Assembly (NCBI GenBank): GCA_964509675.1
Contig: CAZDXC010000002.1
Span: 71,425 to 135,424, forward strand
Reading direction: 5' to 3'
Length of the DNA stretch: 64,000 bases
DNA from: Candidatus Woesearchaeota archaeon
GTDB taxonomy: Archaea > Nanobdellota > Nanobdellia > Pacearchaeales > GW2011-AR1
A program made the translations under genes and the position numbers. The notes under the pieces are model-generated. The model searched no databases, was not told where the DNA came from, and worked only from the letters and a program-made list of their open reading frames with translations. Within the stretch, counting starts at the first letter, position 1. Each line of letters begins with the position of its first letter. Below, in pieces: positions 39,740-49,171 of this stretch.

Positions 39740-41001
39740 TAAATTTTTTGAAGAAAAAATGCTATATAAGCATTTGCGTAGTCTGTACTTATTTCTTCCC
39801 AGTTCTCTCCTTCCGAGGGATATATTTTACTAAGTAATTCTTTTCCTTTATCTAACATTTTTTTATCTATTCCCGATTCATTTATCGCCCCAATTATGTA
39901 AATTAATGAAGAGAAGATAACAGAATCAGGAGTATATTTTATTGGGTGTTTGGATTTAAAATAGATGCTCATGTCTTTTAATCTTTTATTATATTTTTTA
40001 TTTAATAAAATAATTGCTGCCCATCTGGCTATTGGAATAGAAATAAAATGCAATCCTCTTATCGGAATCATTTTTTTGAGATAAGGATTATAAAATTTTT
40101 TACTCATATCTAATATGGAATAAGATAATTCATCTAAATTTTCTATATTTTTTTTTAGGAATTTGCTAAAAAAATATTTAGAGACTTCCAAAATATTCTT
40201 CCTTGCTATAAACCATTCTTTTTCTATGCTTTTTATAGGTTTATTCGGATTTAGTTTCCATTGTATGAATTGCTCTATTTTTTTATCTAAATTTGGGATT
40301 TTTTTATGAAGTTCTGGGAAATTCTTTTTATATGTTTTTTTTAATATTTCCATTGCCTTTTTATATCCAATTTCATATTTTTTGCTTAATAAGAGAAGGG
40401 AAGTGCAACAGGCAGCATATGCTTGTTGGATTATATAAGTTAGAAATTCTTTTTCATATTTTCCATTAATTGAATAATATTCAACCATTTGACTCATTCT
40501 GTCTAATAAAAGTTTGGCACCTTCTGATAATGGGATTTCTTTTAGAGAGTAATTTGGGATCAAATATCTCAAATCTTTTCCATATAAAATTTTTGATTTA
40601 TTTTTCAATTCATATGTCCTTATCCGCGGAAGCATTTTTTTGAGAGATTGTAGAGAATCCACTTTTAAATCAATGTAAAAATTATTTCTCATTTTTTGCT
40701 CTTCTTTTTTGAAGGGATAAAAATTAGTAATTCCCTTATATCCTAATTTTTCAGAAATTTCTATAGAAATTTTATCTATTTCTTTTTTTGTTAGAATAGT
40801 TCTACTAATAACCTGGATGTCATAATCATTGTATGGAAAAACTTTTTTTCCTTCTATTTTTACAGCCCCCTCTCCTTTTGAGTACCCTCCTGTTAGAATT
40901 ATTGTCTCAATATTTTTTATCCTGTTTAAAATTTCTTTGCAGATAATTTCCATATCTGATATTATCTTACTGTCTCCGATTTCAGAAGTTGTATATTTCA
41001 T
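39739..41001 (-). CDS. Pol-beta-superfamily nucleotidyltransferase with large C-terminal helical domain
   Basis: LTGGYSKGEG...NDYDIQV fits the hG[GS]x9-13[DE]h[DE]h signature. 420 aa. Confidence 0.4.
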   Translation of the reverse strand: MKYTTSEIGDSKIISDMEIICKEILNRIKNIETIILTGGYSKGEGAVKIEGKKVFPYNDYDIQVISRTILTKKEIDKISIEISEKLGYKGITNFYPFKKEEQKMRNNFYIDLKVDSLQSLKKMLPRIRTYELKNKSKILYGKDLRYLIPNYSLKEIPLSEGAKLLLDRMSQMVEYYSINGKYEKEFLTYIIQQAYAACCTSLLLLSKKYEIGYKKAMEILKKTYKKNFPELHKKIPNLDKKIEQFIQWKLNPNKPIKSIEKEWFIARKNILEVSKYFFSKFLKKNIENLDELSYSILDMSKKFYNPYLKKMIPIRGLHFISIPIARWAAIILLNKKYNKRLKDMSIYFKSKHPIKYTPDSVIFSSLIYIIGAINESGIDKKMLDKGKELLSKIYPSEGENWEEISTDYANAYIAFFLQKI

Positions 41002-41945
41002 TTTTCTTTCCTTGAAAATAAAAGCAATATTGCAAATACAGACGGAATTATATTGGAGATAAGAATACCAAGTATGGACATGGAAAATATCTTAACAGCC
41101 CCAATTCCGAACAATCCAAACAGACTTATCATAGTTAACTCCCTCGTTCCAAGCCCACTTATTGTTATTGGGATTTGAGCCACAAGCGTAGATATGGGAA
41201 GTATTGCTAAAAAATAAATAAAGTTTAAATTTACTCCAAGAGATAACCCAATAAAATAAAGAATGCAATAATTAATTGTCCAACTTATTACATTAAAAAT
41301 CAAAACACCAATTAGAAAAAAAGGAGAAGGCATATTTTCATAAAAAGAATAAAAAGTTATTTTTGCTTTCTCTTTCATCTTTTCGGGAATAAATCTTCTA
41401 TATATAAATCTTAAAAAAAATCTGCTTGAATTTTTTCTGTAAAAAACAAAAGAAAACAAGATTAAACTAAAAAATATTGCTATAAGAATATATAATATCT
41501 CTTTTGAAATTATTTCTATTTTGTTGTAAAAAATAAATCCAAAAGTTATTGCTAAAATAAATAATGAACTTAAATCCAAAATTTTGTCTATAACAAAATT
41601 GCTTAACCCTCGTCCAACCCCTCCGCTATATTTGCTTAAATAATCTGCTCTCATCGCACTTCCAATTTTAGCAGGGGTTACAAATCCATAAAAATCTGAT
41701 TTTAGATTTATTTTAAAGGCTTCACCGAATGGGACATCAATTTTTTGTTTTTTTGCTATAATAAACCACTTTGCTGTCTGAAAGATTAAGAAAATAAGAA
41801 CAAAAATTGCTGCAATAAAGAAATAATAAAGATTTATTTTAGTTATTTCTTGAAATATTTTTTTAATGTCTAATCTTATTAGAAGATAAATAAACAATCC
41901 AATACCTATAATCGGGAGGAATTTTCTGACCCTTTTCCATTCCAT
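40998..41945 (-). CDS. UPF0104 / lysylphosphatidylglycerol-synthase-TM-like (flippase-like) membrane protein
   Basis: ~8 TM helices. GFVTPAKIGSAMRADYL conserved loop typical of the LPG_synthase_TM / TIGR00374 family. Confidence 0.5.
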   Translation of the reverse strand: MEWKRVRKFLPIIGIGLFIYLLIRLDIKKIFQEITKINLYYFFIAAIFVLIFLIFQTAKWFIIAKKQKIDVPFGEAFKINLKSDFYGFVTPAKIGSAMRADYLSKYSGGVGRGLSNFVIDKILDLSSLFILAITFGFIFYNKIEIISKEILYILIAIFFSLILFSFVFYRKNSSRFFLRFIYRRFIPEKMKEKAKITFYSFYENMPSPFFLIGVLIFNVISWTINYCILYFIGLSLGVNLNFIYFLAILPISTLVAQIPITISGLGTRELTMISLFGLFGIGAVKIFSMSILGILISNIIPSVFAILLLFSRKEK

Positions 41946-41984
41946 TAAAATTATTGCTTTTCTGCCAATAAAAACCTTTTGATA

Positions 41985-43493
41985 TTATTGTTTAGATAAA
42001 ATTTTCTTCGGTAAAAAATCTCTTAAATGCCCAAAAACAGCCTTTATCCCTCTTAAATTAAATTTGAGATCATTCAAATTTTGTATATTTTTTGTTCTTT
42101 GAATAATATAACTTGGGGTTAAAAATATTGTGTAGATTTTTCCGCAAATATTTGCAATTTCCTTGGCTCTTTCAGAATCAGAGTGAATTTGATCTTTTTC
42201 ATCAGAATTTTTAGTTTTCAAAACAGGTTCCTTCATATCATATCTTTCATATTCTTCAGGAGAAAATAAAAATTCATTTTTCTCTTTTGCTTCTTTCCAT
42301 AAAAGAGTTCCTGGATAAGGAACAAGGACTGTAGCCTGAAGAAGGTCTGCCTTGCCTTTTTGCATTAATTCTTTTGCTAAATTAAAGGTTCTCAGTGCAT
42401 CCTCTTTATTCTCCCAAGGATATCCCACAATCATTGTCAAATGAACAGTTAATCCTGCTTTTTTTGCCATTTCACATCCATTAAGTATATCTTCAACTTT
42501 TATTCCTTTATTCAGTTTGTCTAGTGTTTTCTGATTTGCACTTTCTAATCCAAATTTCAACAATCTAAATCCTGCTTTTTTCATCAAATTGAAATCTTCT
42601 TGTTTTAATGCTCCAAATCTCATGTTACAGGAATATTTTATTTTTTTATTATATCTCCTTTCTATCAGTCCATTGCATAATTCTGTAAGCCAGTTTCCTG
42701 TCATCAACGTTCCAGAATCATCAAAGATTTCTTTTGCATTATATTTGTCAATTAACATTCCTATTTCATCAAGAACATTTTCAACACTCCTGACTCTGAA
42801 TTTTGGAAAAAGGGTCGGCCATGCACAGAATTTGCATTTTCCCCACCAACAATCTCTCCCAGACATTATATAAAAAAATGGTTTCCCTTGTAAGTTATAC
42901 TCTTTTTCATACAATTTCCATTTTGTTAATTCTCTGTCAATAAAAGGAAGTTCATCCAAATTATGTTTCAGGTTAAATTTTCCAGAATTGATTATCTTAT
43001 TATTTTTTCGATAATATATTCCTTCAGGAATTCTTTTTTTATTTCCTGAAAGCCAATCACAAAGAGCAGAAAGACTAAAATCAAAATCTCCCCCTTGCAA
43101 GACAAAATCCACTCTGGAATTTTCAAGACTTTCCTTTGGAAGAAAAGTAACATGGTCCCCCATTATTACTATTTTCATTTCAGGGAATTTCTCTTTTAAT
43201 TTGTCAATAATTCTCCAATGTTGCTTTATTACAGGGGTTTTGGTTTCAAAAGCAAATAATTCTGGTTTTTCATTTTCAATTGTTTTTGTAAATTCTTCCC
43301 ATGAAATATTTTCTGCTATGCAATCCTTCCAAATTACTTCATTTCCATTTTTTTTTAAAAGAGTTGCCGCGCTTCCTAATACGACAGGAAATAAATAAGA
43401 AGGATTTGAAAACCATTGAAATTGCCTGTTTTGGCTTAACAATGCAACTCCTTTCTCTGATTTTAGCGGAGGATATCCTATAAGAATTTTCAT
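41985..43493 (-). CDS. Cobalamin-binding (class B) radical SAM enzyme
   Basis: N-terminal B12-like domain (IVIMGDHVT). SGRDCWWGKCKFCAW Cys cluster. ESANQ and VGYPWE radical SAM core motifs. Confidence 0.75.
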   Translation of the reverse strand: MKILIGYPPLKSEKGVALLSQNRQFQWFSNPSYLFPVVLGSAATLLKKNGNEVIWKDCIAENISWEEFTKTIENEKPELFAFETKTPVIKQHWRIIDKLKEKFPEMKIVIMGDHVTFLPKESLENSRVDFVLQGGDFDFSLSALCDWLSGNKKRIPEGIYYRKNNKIINSGKFNLKHNLDELPFIDRELTKWKLYEKEYNLQGKPFFYIMSGRDCWWGKCKFCAWPTLFPKFRVRSVENVLDEIGMLIDKYNAKEIFDDSGTLMTGNWLTELCNGLIERRYNKKIKYSCNMRFGALKQEDFNLMKKAGFRLLKFGLESANQKTLDKLNKGIKVEDILNGCEMAKKAGLTVHLTMIVGYPWENKEDALRTFNLAKELMQKGKADLLQATVLVPYPGTLLWKEAKEKNEFLFSPEEYERYDMKEPVLKTKNSDEKDQIHSDSERAKEIANICGKIYTIFLTPSYIIQRTKNIQNLNDLKFNLRGIKAVFGHLRDFLPKKILSKQ

Positions 43494-43525
43494 ATCAATT
43501 CTTAAAAAAAGTCCTTTAAATAAAT

Positions 43526-44428
43526 TTATCTACCTTTTATATATCCAAAAATCATTCCTGCACCATAACTTATGTGAATTATTGGATAAATAAATGGAAG
43601 AACAAAGAATGCTATGAAATCTTTATTCTTTACAGAATCATAAAAAGAAAAAGAAATTGCAAGAAAAAAATATACAAGAAGGGGGATAAATATTGTTTTT
43701 TTCACATAAAAAATTATTGGCAGAATAATAAGACTTATCAAATAAATTACAAATAAACTTGGAATGAGAAAAAAGGGATTTTTTAATGTATCGCTTAAAT
43801 TTTCTTTTAAAGGACGTGCCTTCCCATAATTGAATATCTGTTTTATCAATCCTCCTACATTTTCTCTTCTTCTATGATATAAAACAATGTTTGGGGTGTA
43901 AGCTACCTTAAATCCCTGTTCTTTAACATCTGCAATAAATTTAGGGTCTTCCCCCGGAAACAGGCTTGGATCAAATTTAACTTTTTCTAAAACTGCTCTT
44001 TTGCATATTAAATTGGCAGAAGTAAGAGCTGTTTCATCAACATTTAAGGCTTCTTTTTTTGAACTATACCTATTTGAGAGTTTCCATGCGCCGAATTTAG
44101 AACCAAGAGCATATCCCGAGATTTTAGCAAAACCCTCTTCGTTTTTTGGAGTTAGCTGGGGGCCGCCGACAACATCAATGTTCGGGTGTTTTTCAAAAAA
44201 TTCCTTTACTTTCTTTAAATAATCGGTCTCTAAGATTGCATCATCATCTAAAAAAATAATAATATCCCCTTTTGCTTTTTCAAATCCCCTATTTCTGTTT
44301 TCAGAGGGGTTTTCACCTTTTTCAACAATAACTTCGTATTGTTTTTTTGGGAAATCCAAATTTTCTATGCTGCCCAATATCTCTGCATCTCTGTAAGGAG
44401 CAACAGGGATTACTAATGAGAATTTCAT
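43526..44428 (-). CDS. GT2 family glycosyltransferase with C-terminal TM anchor
   Basis: FSLVIPVAP...IIIFLDDDA (DxD). C-terminal hydrophobic helices. Confidence 0.75.
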   Translation of the reverse strand: MKFSLVIPVAPYRDAEILGSIENLDFPKKQYEVIVEKGENPSENRNRGFEKAKGDIIIFLDDDAILETDYLKKVKEFFEKHPNIDVVGGPQLTPKNEEGFAKISGYALGSKFGAWKLSNRYSSKKEALNVDETALTSANLICKRAVLEKVKFDPSLFPGEDPKFIADVKEQGFKVAYTPNIVLYHRRRENVGGLIKQIFNYGKARPLKENLSDTLKNPFFLIPSLFVIYLISLIILPIIFYVKKTIFIPLLVYFFLAISFSFYDSVKNKDFIAFFVLPFIYPIIHISYGAGMIFGYIKGR

Positions 44429-44464
44429 TAATTTAAAAATGAGAACTTTCTTATAAAGATTTCT

Positions 44465-45244
44465 TTAATCTATCTTTAATTTTTTTGGAAGTTTTCTATA
44501 AGCTCTTACTATGAACCTAAAAGGAGAATGGATGAGCCTTAATCTGACGGATGAAGCAAACATTCTTAGAGGAGTTTTTTTTAAATTGATTTTTGAGCCG
44601 ACTTTGTCATGCCAAACAGTTGGAATTGATTTTATTCTTGCATTGCTTTCTTTTCTTAAACAATATAATAGTGCTATATCAAAACCCCAATTACTCGTTA
44701 CTAATTTTTTAAGATTTTTTTCAATAATGTTTCTTTTGAATAGTTTTGCTCCGCATTGAGTATCTCTAAAGGGAAAAAAGAAAAGAGCTCTGACAATTAG
44801 GTTATATCCTCTGCTCATAAATCTTCTAAGAAAACTCTGCTTCGGAGATATTATGCTTTTTTTGTGCCATCTGTCTGCGATAATTCCGTCATAATTTTTA
44901 ATATTTTTAATTAAATCATAAAAAGATCCTGGAGAAGTAGACATATCCGCATCAACATAACCTATAAATTCATTTTTTCTTTTTAATGCATCCTTAAACC
45001 CCTCAATTATCGCAAAACCCTTTCCTCCCTGTTTAAAGTTTAGGTATTTTATTTCAGGATATTTTTTTGAAATTTCTCTTACAACTTCTTTTGTTTTGTC
45101 TGTTGTGTTGTTTATTACAACTATAATTTCAAAATCTGCTATTTCCTTTTTTTCTTTCTTTTCTGTAAAAAAATCCCCATAACCTTCCAAACTTTTTCCT
45201 ATCCTCTTTTCTTCATTATGAGCAGGAATTATTATTGAAATCAT
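44465..45244 (-). CDS. GT2 family glycosyltransferase (dolichyl-phosphate hexosyltransferase, Dpm1/AglJ-like)
   Basis: MISIIIPAHNEEKRI. YVDADMSTSPG. DTQCGAKLF motifs of Dpm1-like GT2. Confidence 0.75.
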   Translation of the reverse strand: MISIIIPAHNEEKRIGKSLEGYGDFFTEKKEKKEIADFEIIVVINNTTDKTKEVVREISKKYPEIKYLNFKQGGKGFAIIEGFKDALKRKNEFIGYVDADMSTSPGSFYDLIKNIKNYDGIIADRWHKKSIISPKQSFLRRFMSRGYNLIVRALFFFPFRDTQCGAKLFKRNIIEKNLKKLVTSNWGFDIALLYCLRKESNARIKSIPTVWHDKVGSKINLKKTPLRMFASSVRLRLIHSPFRFIVRAYRKLPKKLKID

Positions 45245-45297
45245 TTATCTTAATCTTCTTGATAAGATTAAAAATTTAATTATATTATAATATCTAA

Positions 45298-46314
45298 TTA
45301 AGAGAACATCATAGAAGGAATTTTTAGAATATCTACCTTGAAAATAATAAAACCAATTATTATGATTAAAATCTGAAAGGCATTTATGAGATATACTACT
45401 TCTCTTTCATATGCTTTTTTGCTAGGTTTTATTTTTTTTAATATGCGGATTGCCAAATGTTCTAACCCATAAATTTTATTATAAGGAACTTCCAAACTTC
45501 CATCTTTATTCACTTTGGCAAAACTCTCTTTTTTTAGTCTTCCTTTTAACTTAAGAATTGTTTCAATTATATACGGAATAAAAAAGAAAATTGCAATTTT
45601 TTCAATATTTCCCAAAATTGCAATGATTGCAATAAGCCCCCCAAGGCTGTAAGTCAAAATGTCTCCAGGAAATACCTTTGCGGGATATTTATTGAATATA
45701 TAAAAAGCTGTTAAACATGCTACCATAACCAGTCCAATAATGCTCAACCACCTGTTTCCAATAATATAATTTACTAAAGAGAGGCTTATTAGAATTATTG
45801 CTCCTTGGCTTGCCTCCAATCCATTATATCCTGCTAAAAAATTAAAAGTTGCACTGGCTCCCACAACTCCAAAAACAATTAATATCACAGGATATATTAA
45901 CTCAAGATTTGTTCCTATTATTGTTTGCCCTGCATTTATAACTATTAGTGGAAGTGAGGCAAAGATTAAGAAAATAATTCTAAGAGGTTTGTTGAGTCCT
46001 ATTTTCCATCCAAGAATATCATCTGTAAAGCCAATAAAAGAAATTATTAATATCACACTTAAGAGGGAAAATATTTCCATAATATCATCATAAGATTTAA
46101 AATAAAATGTTTTTACAGCAATATAAGCCAATAGCCCGATAATAAATCCCATAATGACACATATTCCTCCGGCTTCGGCAATTTTTTCGCCACTAGTTTT
46201 ATTTATGTCTTTTCCCGTAAGTCCTACCTTTTTTGCTCTTTTTATCCAAAAGGGCAGGGAAAAAAAAGAAACCAAAAAACCTAAAAAAAGCGGAACTAAT
46301 AGTAAAATTTGCAT
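45298..46314 (-). CDS. aglH: UDP-GlcNAc:dolichyl-phosphate GlcNAc-1-phosphate transferase-like (GPT/MraY family, AglH-like)
   Basis: Polytopic membrane protein with FTDDILGW (DDxxD). NFLAGYNGLEASQG. VFPGDILTYSLG motifs of the MraY/WecA/GPT family. Confidence 0.7.
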   Translation of the reverse strand: MQILLLVPLFLGFLVSFFSLPFWIKRAKKVGLTGKDINKTSGEKIAEAGGICVIMGFIIGLLAYIAVKTFYFKSYDDIMEIFSLLSVILIISFIGFTDDILGWKIGLNKPLRIIFLIFASLPLIVINAGQTIIGTNLELIYPVILIVFGVVGASATFNFLAGYNGLEASQGAIILISLSLVNYIIGNRWLSIIGLVMVACLTAFYIFNKYPAKVFPGDILTYSLGGLIAIIAILGNIEKIAIFFFIPYIIETILKLKGRLKKESFAKVNKDGSLEVPYNKIYGLEHLAIRILKKIKPSKKAYEREVVYLINAFQILIIIIGFIIFKVDILKIPSMMFS

Positions 46315-46315
46315 A

Positions 46316-49120
46316 TTAATACTCTCCAGGTATTACTTTCTGAAACTCTAATGGATATTCTGTGCTTAAATAGGTAGAATTTAATTCCATATTAAGAGGA
46401 TAATTTATCTGCCAAATCTTGACAGGCCCCTGGAATCCCTGATAATAAACAAAATCTCCAACATTAAGTCCTTGTTTTGTGAGATCATCAATTATTAAAT
46501 TTTGCTCTGTATGCACTAATTTGAAATAATCTGATTGTTCATTGAACAAATAAAGCTTTACTAATTCAGAATGAATTGTCTTTTCACTTAAATAAAATGC
46601 TGCCCCCTTTTTGTCAAGACTTAATTTGCCGTTTTGAGAATTATCTAATTTTGGATACACAAAGATTCCTGCATCTAATCCCTTTTTAAAATCATGCAAT
46701 TTGTTGTTAATGTAGACATATCTTAAAGGCATTTGGTATTGTTGTTGTTTATATACAAAGAAAACCATTGGCTGAAGTATCTCTTCATTTTTATTTTCCC
46801 TCAGTGCAACTGCAGCAACAATAGTTTTTTTTCTGGGCAATAAAATTTCTTTTCCATCTTGGTTTAGTATGATGTCCTTATCAGTTATGCTCCCAACAGG
46901 GTATATGTAACTTGTTTCATTATTTGTTTCCCTTGTTTGTGACGGGTCTAAAAGGGCAGTTGGAATCCATGAATAACGATCATAATTTCCATTGGAACCA
47001 ATACTAGAAAAAGCAGGATATTTTCCTATATCTGTTGAATCAATTAATAAATGTGTTCCATTATGAGCATAAAGAAAATCAAGTGCCATCTTTTCATCTT
47101 CTCCGGTAAGTACTAATCTTCCCATAAAATAATTCCAATAACCGATAGCATTTCCCCCATCCAAAATTGTGGCTCTTTCTCCAATACTTTGAACCCAGTA
47201 CCCGTAGTCCCACCAGTGCGCAAAAACTGCATTTGTAGGAGTATTGTCTCTCACCCATGCCATTGCTTTTTGCCATTGCCACTGGTACAAACCAGGGGCA
47301 AAATTTTCAGCCATGTTTTTATCACTTTGGTAATATGCCCAAACAGTGAAGATAGATGCAATTAGTATAATTAAGACAGCAATTCCGACAAAAATTTTGT
47401 TACTTTCTTCTTTTTCACGGAGATATTTTTGAGAACTCTTTGTAATTAAGAATGCAATTGCAATCGGACTTACTGCTCCCAAGACCATTATTAATCTTAT
47501 CGCCCCTCTTGCAGCAACAACCATCATTGTAAAAATGATAAAATAAAATATATATGAAAAATTAAATTCTTTGAAAATTGAAAATTTTTCTCCTCTGTGT
47601 CTTTTGAAGTAGATGTATCCAAAGGCAAAGATAAATGCGAGTGTTCCGCCAAAATAAACAAATAAACTCAAACCACTTTCCCCATTAAGAATGCTCCCCG
47701 AGGAATATTTACTGAAGATTAAACTCAATAAGAAAATTATATAACCCAATGTTAGAATTATCTTTTCTTTTTTAGCAAGGGGTTTTATCATATGATAAAA
47801 TAAATAAACTGAACCAATAAAAAATAACCAAAAATATAAGGGTATATTCAATACAACAGGGCCAAATTCTCCTACCCAGTCATTCATAAAGTATGGCTGT
47901 TTATTCTCTGCAACAGTTACTCCAAATCTGCTTGGAGTGAATGGTTCTACTGCATGAGATATAACATCTTTAGCCATTCCAGGAACGAAAGAAATTCCAA
48001 ATGCAATTGAAGATAGAATTATTAATAATCCTGAAGCAACAATGATGGAAATAATCTGTCTTGGAAGTTTTATTTTTTTTAATTTGTCATTTAGGTTAAA
48101 TATCCTCTTTTTGAATAATAAAAAATCAATAAACAAAATAAAAAATATCATAAAAGCTAATCCTGTAGAACTTGAAGTAGCTAAACTTTTAATTGTATAT
48201 CTTGTTGAAAAAGGCATCATAATTAGAATTGATGAAACGAGCCATAAAGAATAAAAAAAGAATCTTTTTTTATTAACTTTCCCAAGTAAAAAAGCAAATA
48301 AAACTGCTCCTGCAATCCCCAAAAAAGCAAAAGTCACTCCCCCCCAAACTAATCCTAATGCGCCCGTGAATATTCCTGCCAATACACTAAAAATTATTCC
48401 TCTTTTTAATTTTCCAGAGGTATAAGCTTCCAAGAAAAAATAAAATGCCATAAATAAGAAAAAGAAAGCTGCAGATTCTTTTTCTGGAATTCCTGCAATT
48501 GTTCTTGAAAGAAGTGAAGGAACCAAAATGAACAGGGCAGTTGCAATCAATGCAATTATGTTTGCTATTTTTTTATCTTCTTTATAGAATAATTTACGGG
48601 CAAATAAGAAAAATGCAATTCCTGTCAAAACTGCCATAACTACAGGAAAGATAATTGAGGCGTAGGTTACTGTAACATTTTTATCAAAAAAAGATAAAAA
48701 TTTGTAGAGAGAACTCATCATATATGGGAGCAATCTCATCTCTCCTGCAGTATTTACAGCATCACACGCATTCCCAGAACAAATCTGCGCCAATGGAACA
48801 TATCTCATTGTATCTAAAACAAATAATTTCCCATGTTCTACTATGTATTTCGCCCATCGCAGAAATAAAAATGGGTCTAAATCAGGTCCTAATGTCCATG
48901 TTCCTGTTGTGATGTCTTTCAATTTTGGAATATTTCTTGTTCTTATATAAACACTAACAGAAAGAATAATTGTCAGAATAACATAATAAATCCAATTTCC
49001 ACTTTTTTTAAAAAAATCAATTATTTTTTTCTTTCTTTTTTCTATTTCTTCTCCAGAAAAAACAGAATCTTTTTTTTCTGAACTTACTAATCCTATCTCT
49101 TCCACCATAAAAAACTCCAA
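46316..49120 (-). CDS. aglB: Archaeal oligosaccharyltransferase AglB (STT3 family)
   Basis: 934 aa. N-terminal 13-TM region with DLDPF loop. Canonical WWDYG motif (FAHWWDYGYW). C-terminal soluble domain. Confidence 0.85.
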   Translation of the reverse strand: MEFFMVEEIGLVSSEKKDSVFSGEEIEKRKKKIIDFFKKSGNWIYYVILTIILSVSVYIRTRNIPKLKDITTGTWTLGPDLDPFLFLRWAKYIVEHGKLFVLDTMRYVPLAQICSGNACDAVNTAGEMRLLPYMMSSLYKFLSFFDKNVTVTYASIIFPVVMAVLTGIAFFLFARKLFYKEDKKIANIIALIATALFILVPSLLSRTIAGIPEKESAAFFFLFMAFYFFLEAYTSGKLKRGIIFSVLAGIFTGALGLVWGGVTFAFLGIAGAVLFAFLLGKVNKKRFFFYSLWLVSSILIMMPFSTRYTIKSLATSSSTGLAFMIFFILFIDFLLFKKRIFNLNDKLKKIKLPRQIISIIVASGLLIILSSIAFGISFVPGMAKDVISHAVEPFTPSRFGVTVAENKQPYFMNDWVGEFGPVVLNIPLYFWLFFIGSVYLFYHMIKPLAKKEKIILTLGYIIFLLSLIFSKYSSGSILNGESGLSLFVYFGGTLAFIFAFGYIYFKRHRGEKFSIFKEFNFSYIFYFIIFTMMVVAARGAIRLIMVLGAVSPIAIAFLITKSSQKYLREKEESNKIFVGIAVLIILIASIFTVWAYYQSDKNMAENFAPGLYQWQWQKAMAWVRDNTPTNAVFAHWWDYGYWVQSIGERATILDGGNAIGYWNYFMGRLVLTGEDEKMALDFLYAHNGTHLLIDSTDIGKYPAFSSIGSNGNYDRYSWIPTALLDPSQTRETNNETSYIYPVGSITDKDIILNQDGKEILLPRKKTIVAAVALRENKNEEILQPMVFFVYKQQQYQMPLRYVYINNKLHDFKKGLDAGIFVYPKLDNSQNGKLSLDKKGAAFYLSEKTIHSELVKLYLFNEQSDYFKLVHTEQNLIIDDLTKQGLNVGDFVYYQGFQGPVKIWQINYPLNMELNSTYLSTEYPLEFQKVIPGEY

Positions 49121-49171
49121 AATTTATCACTACTTATTATGAATTTGGAACTAAAAAACCTATTTAAACTT

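Noticed and set aside
39739-41001. Considered a CBASS-type cGAS/DncV-like nucleotidyltransferase (defence system)
   Set aside because: No adjacent effector, E1/E2, HORMA or TRIP13-like genes were found. The neighbourhood is envelope biosynthesis, tightly coupled to a phosphodiesterase-fold enzyme and radical SAM genes.
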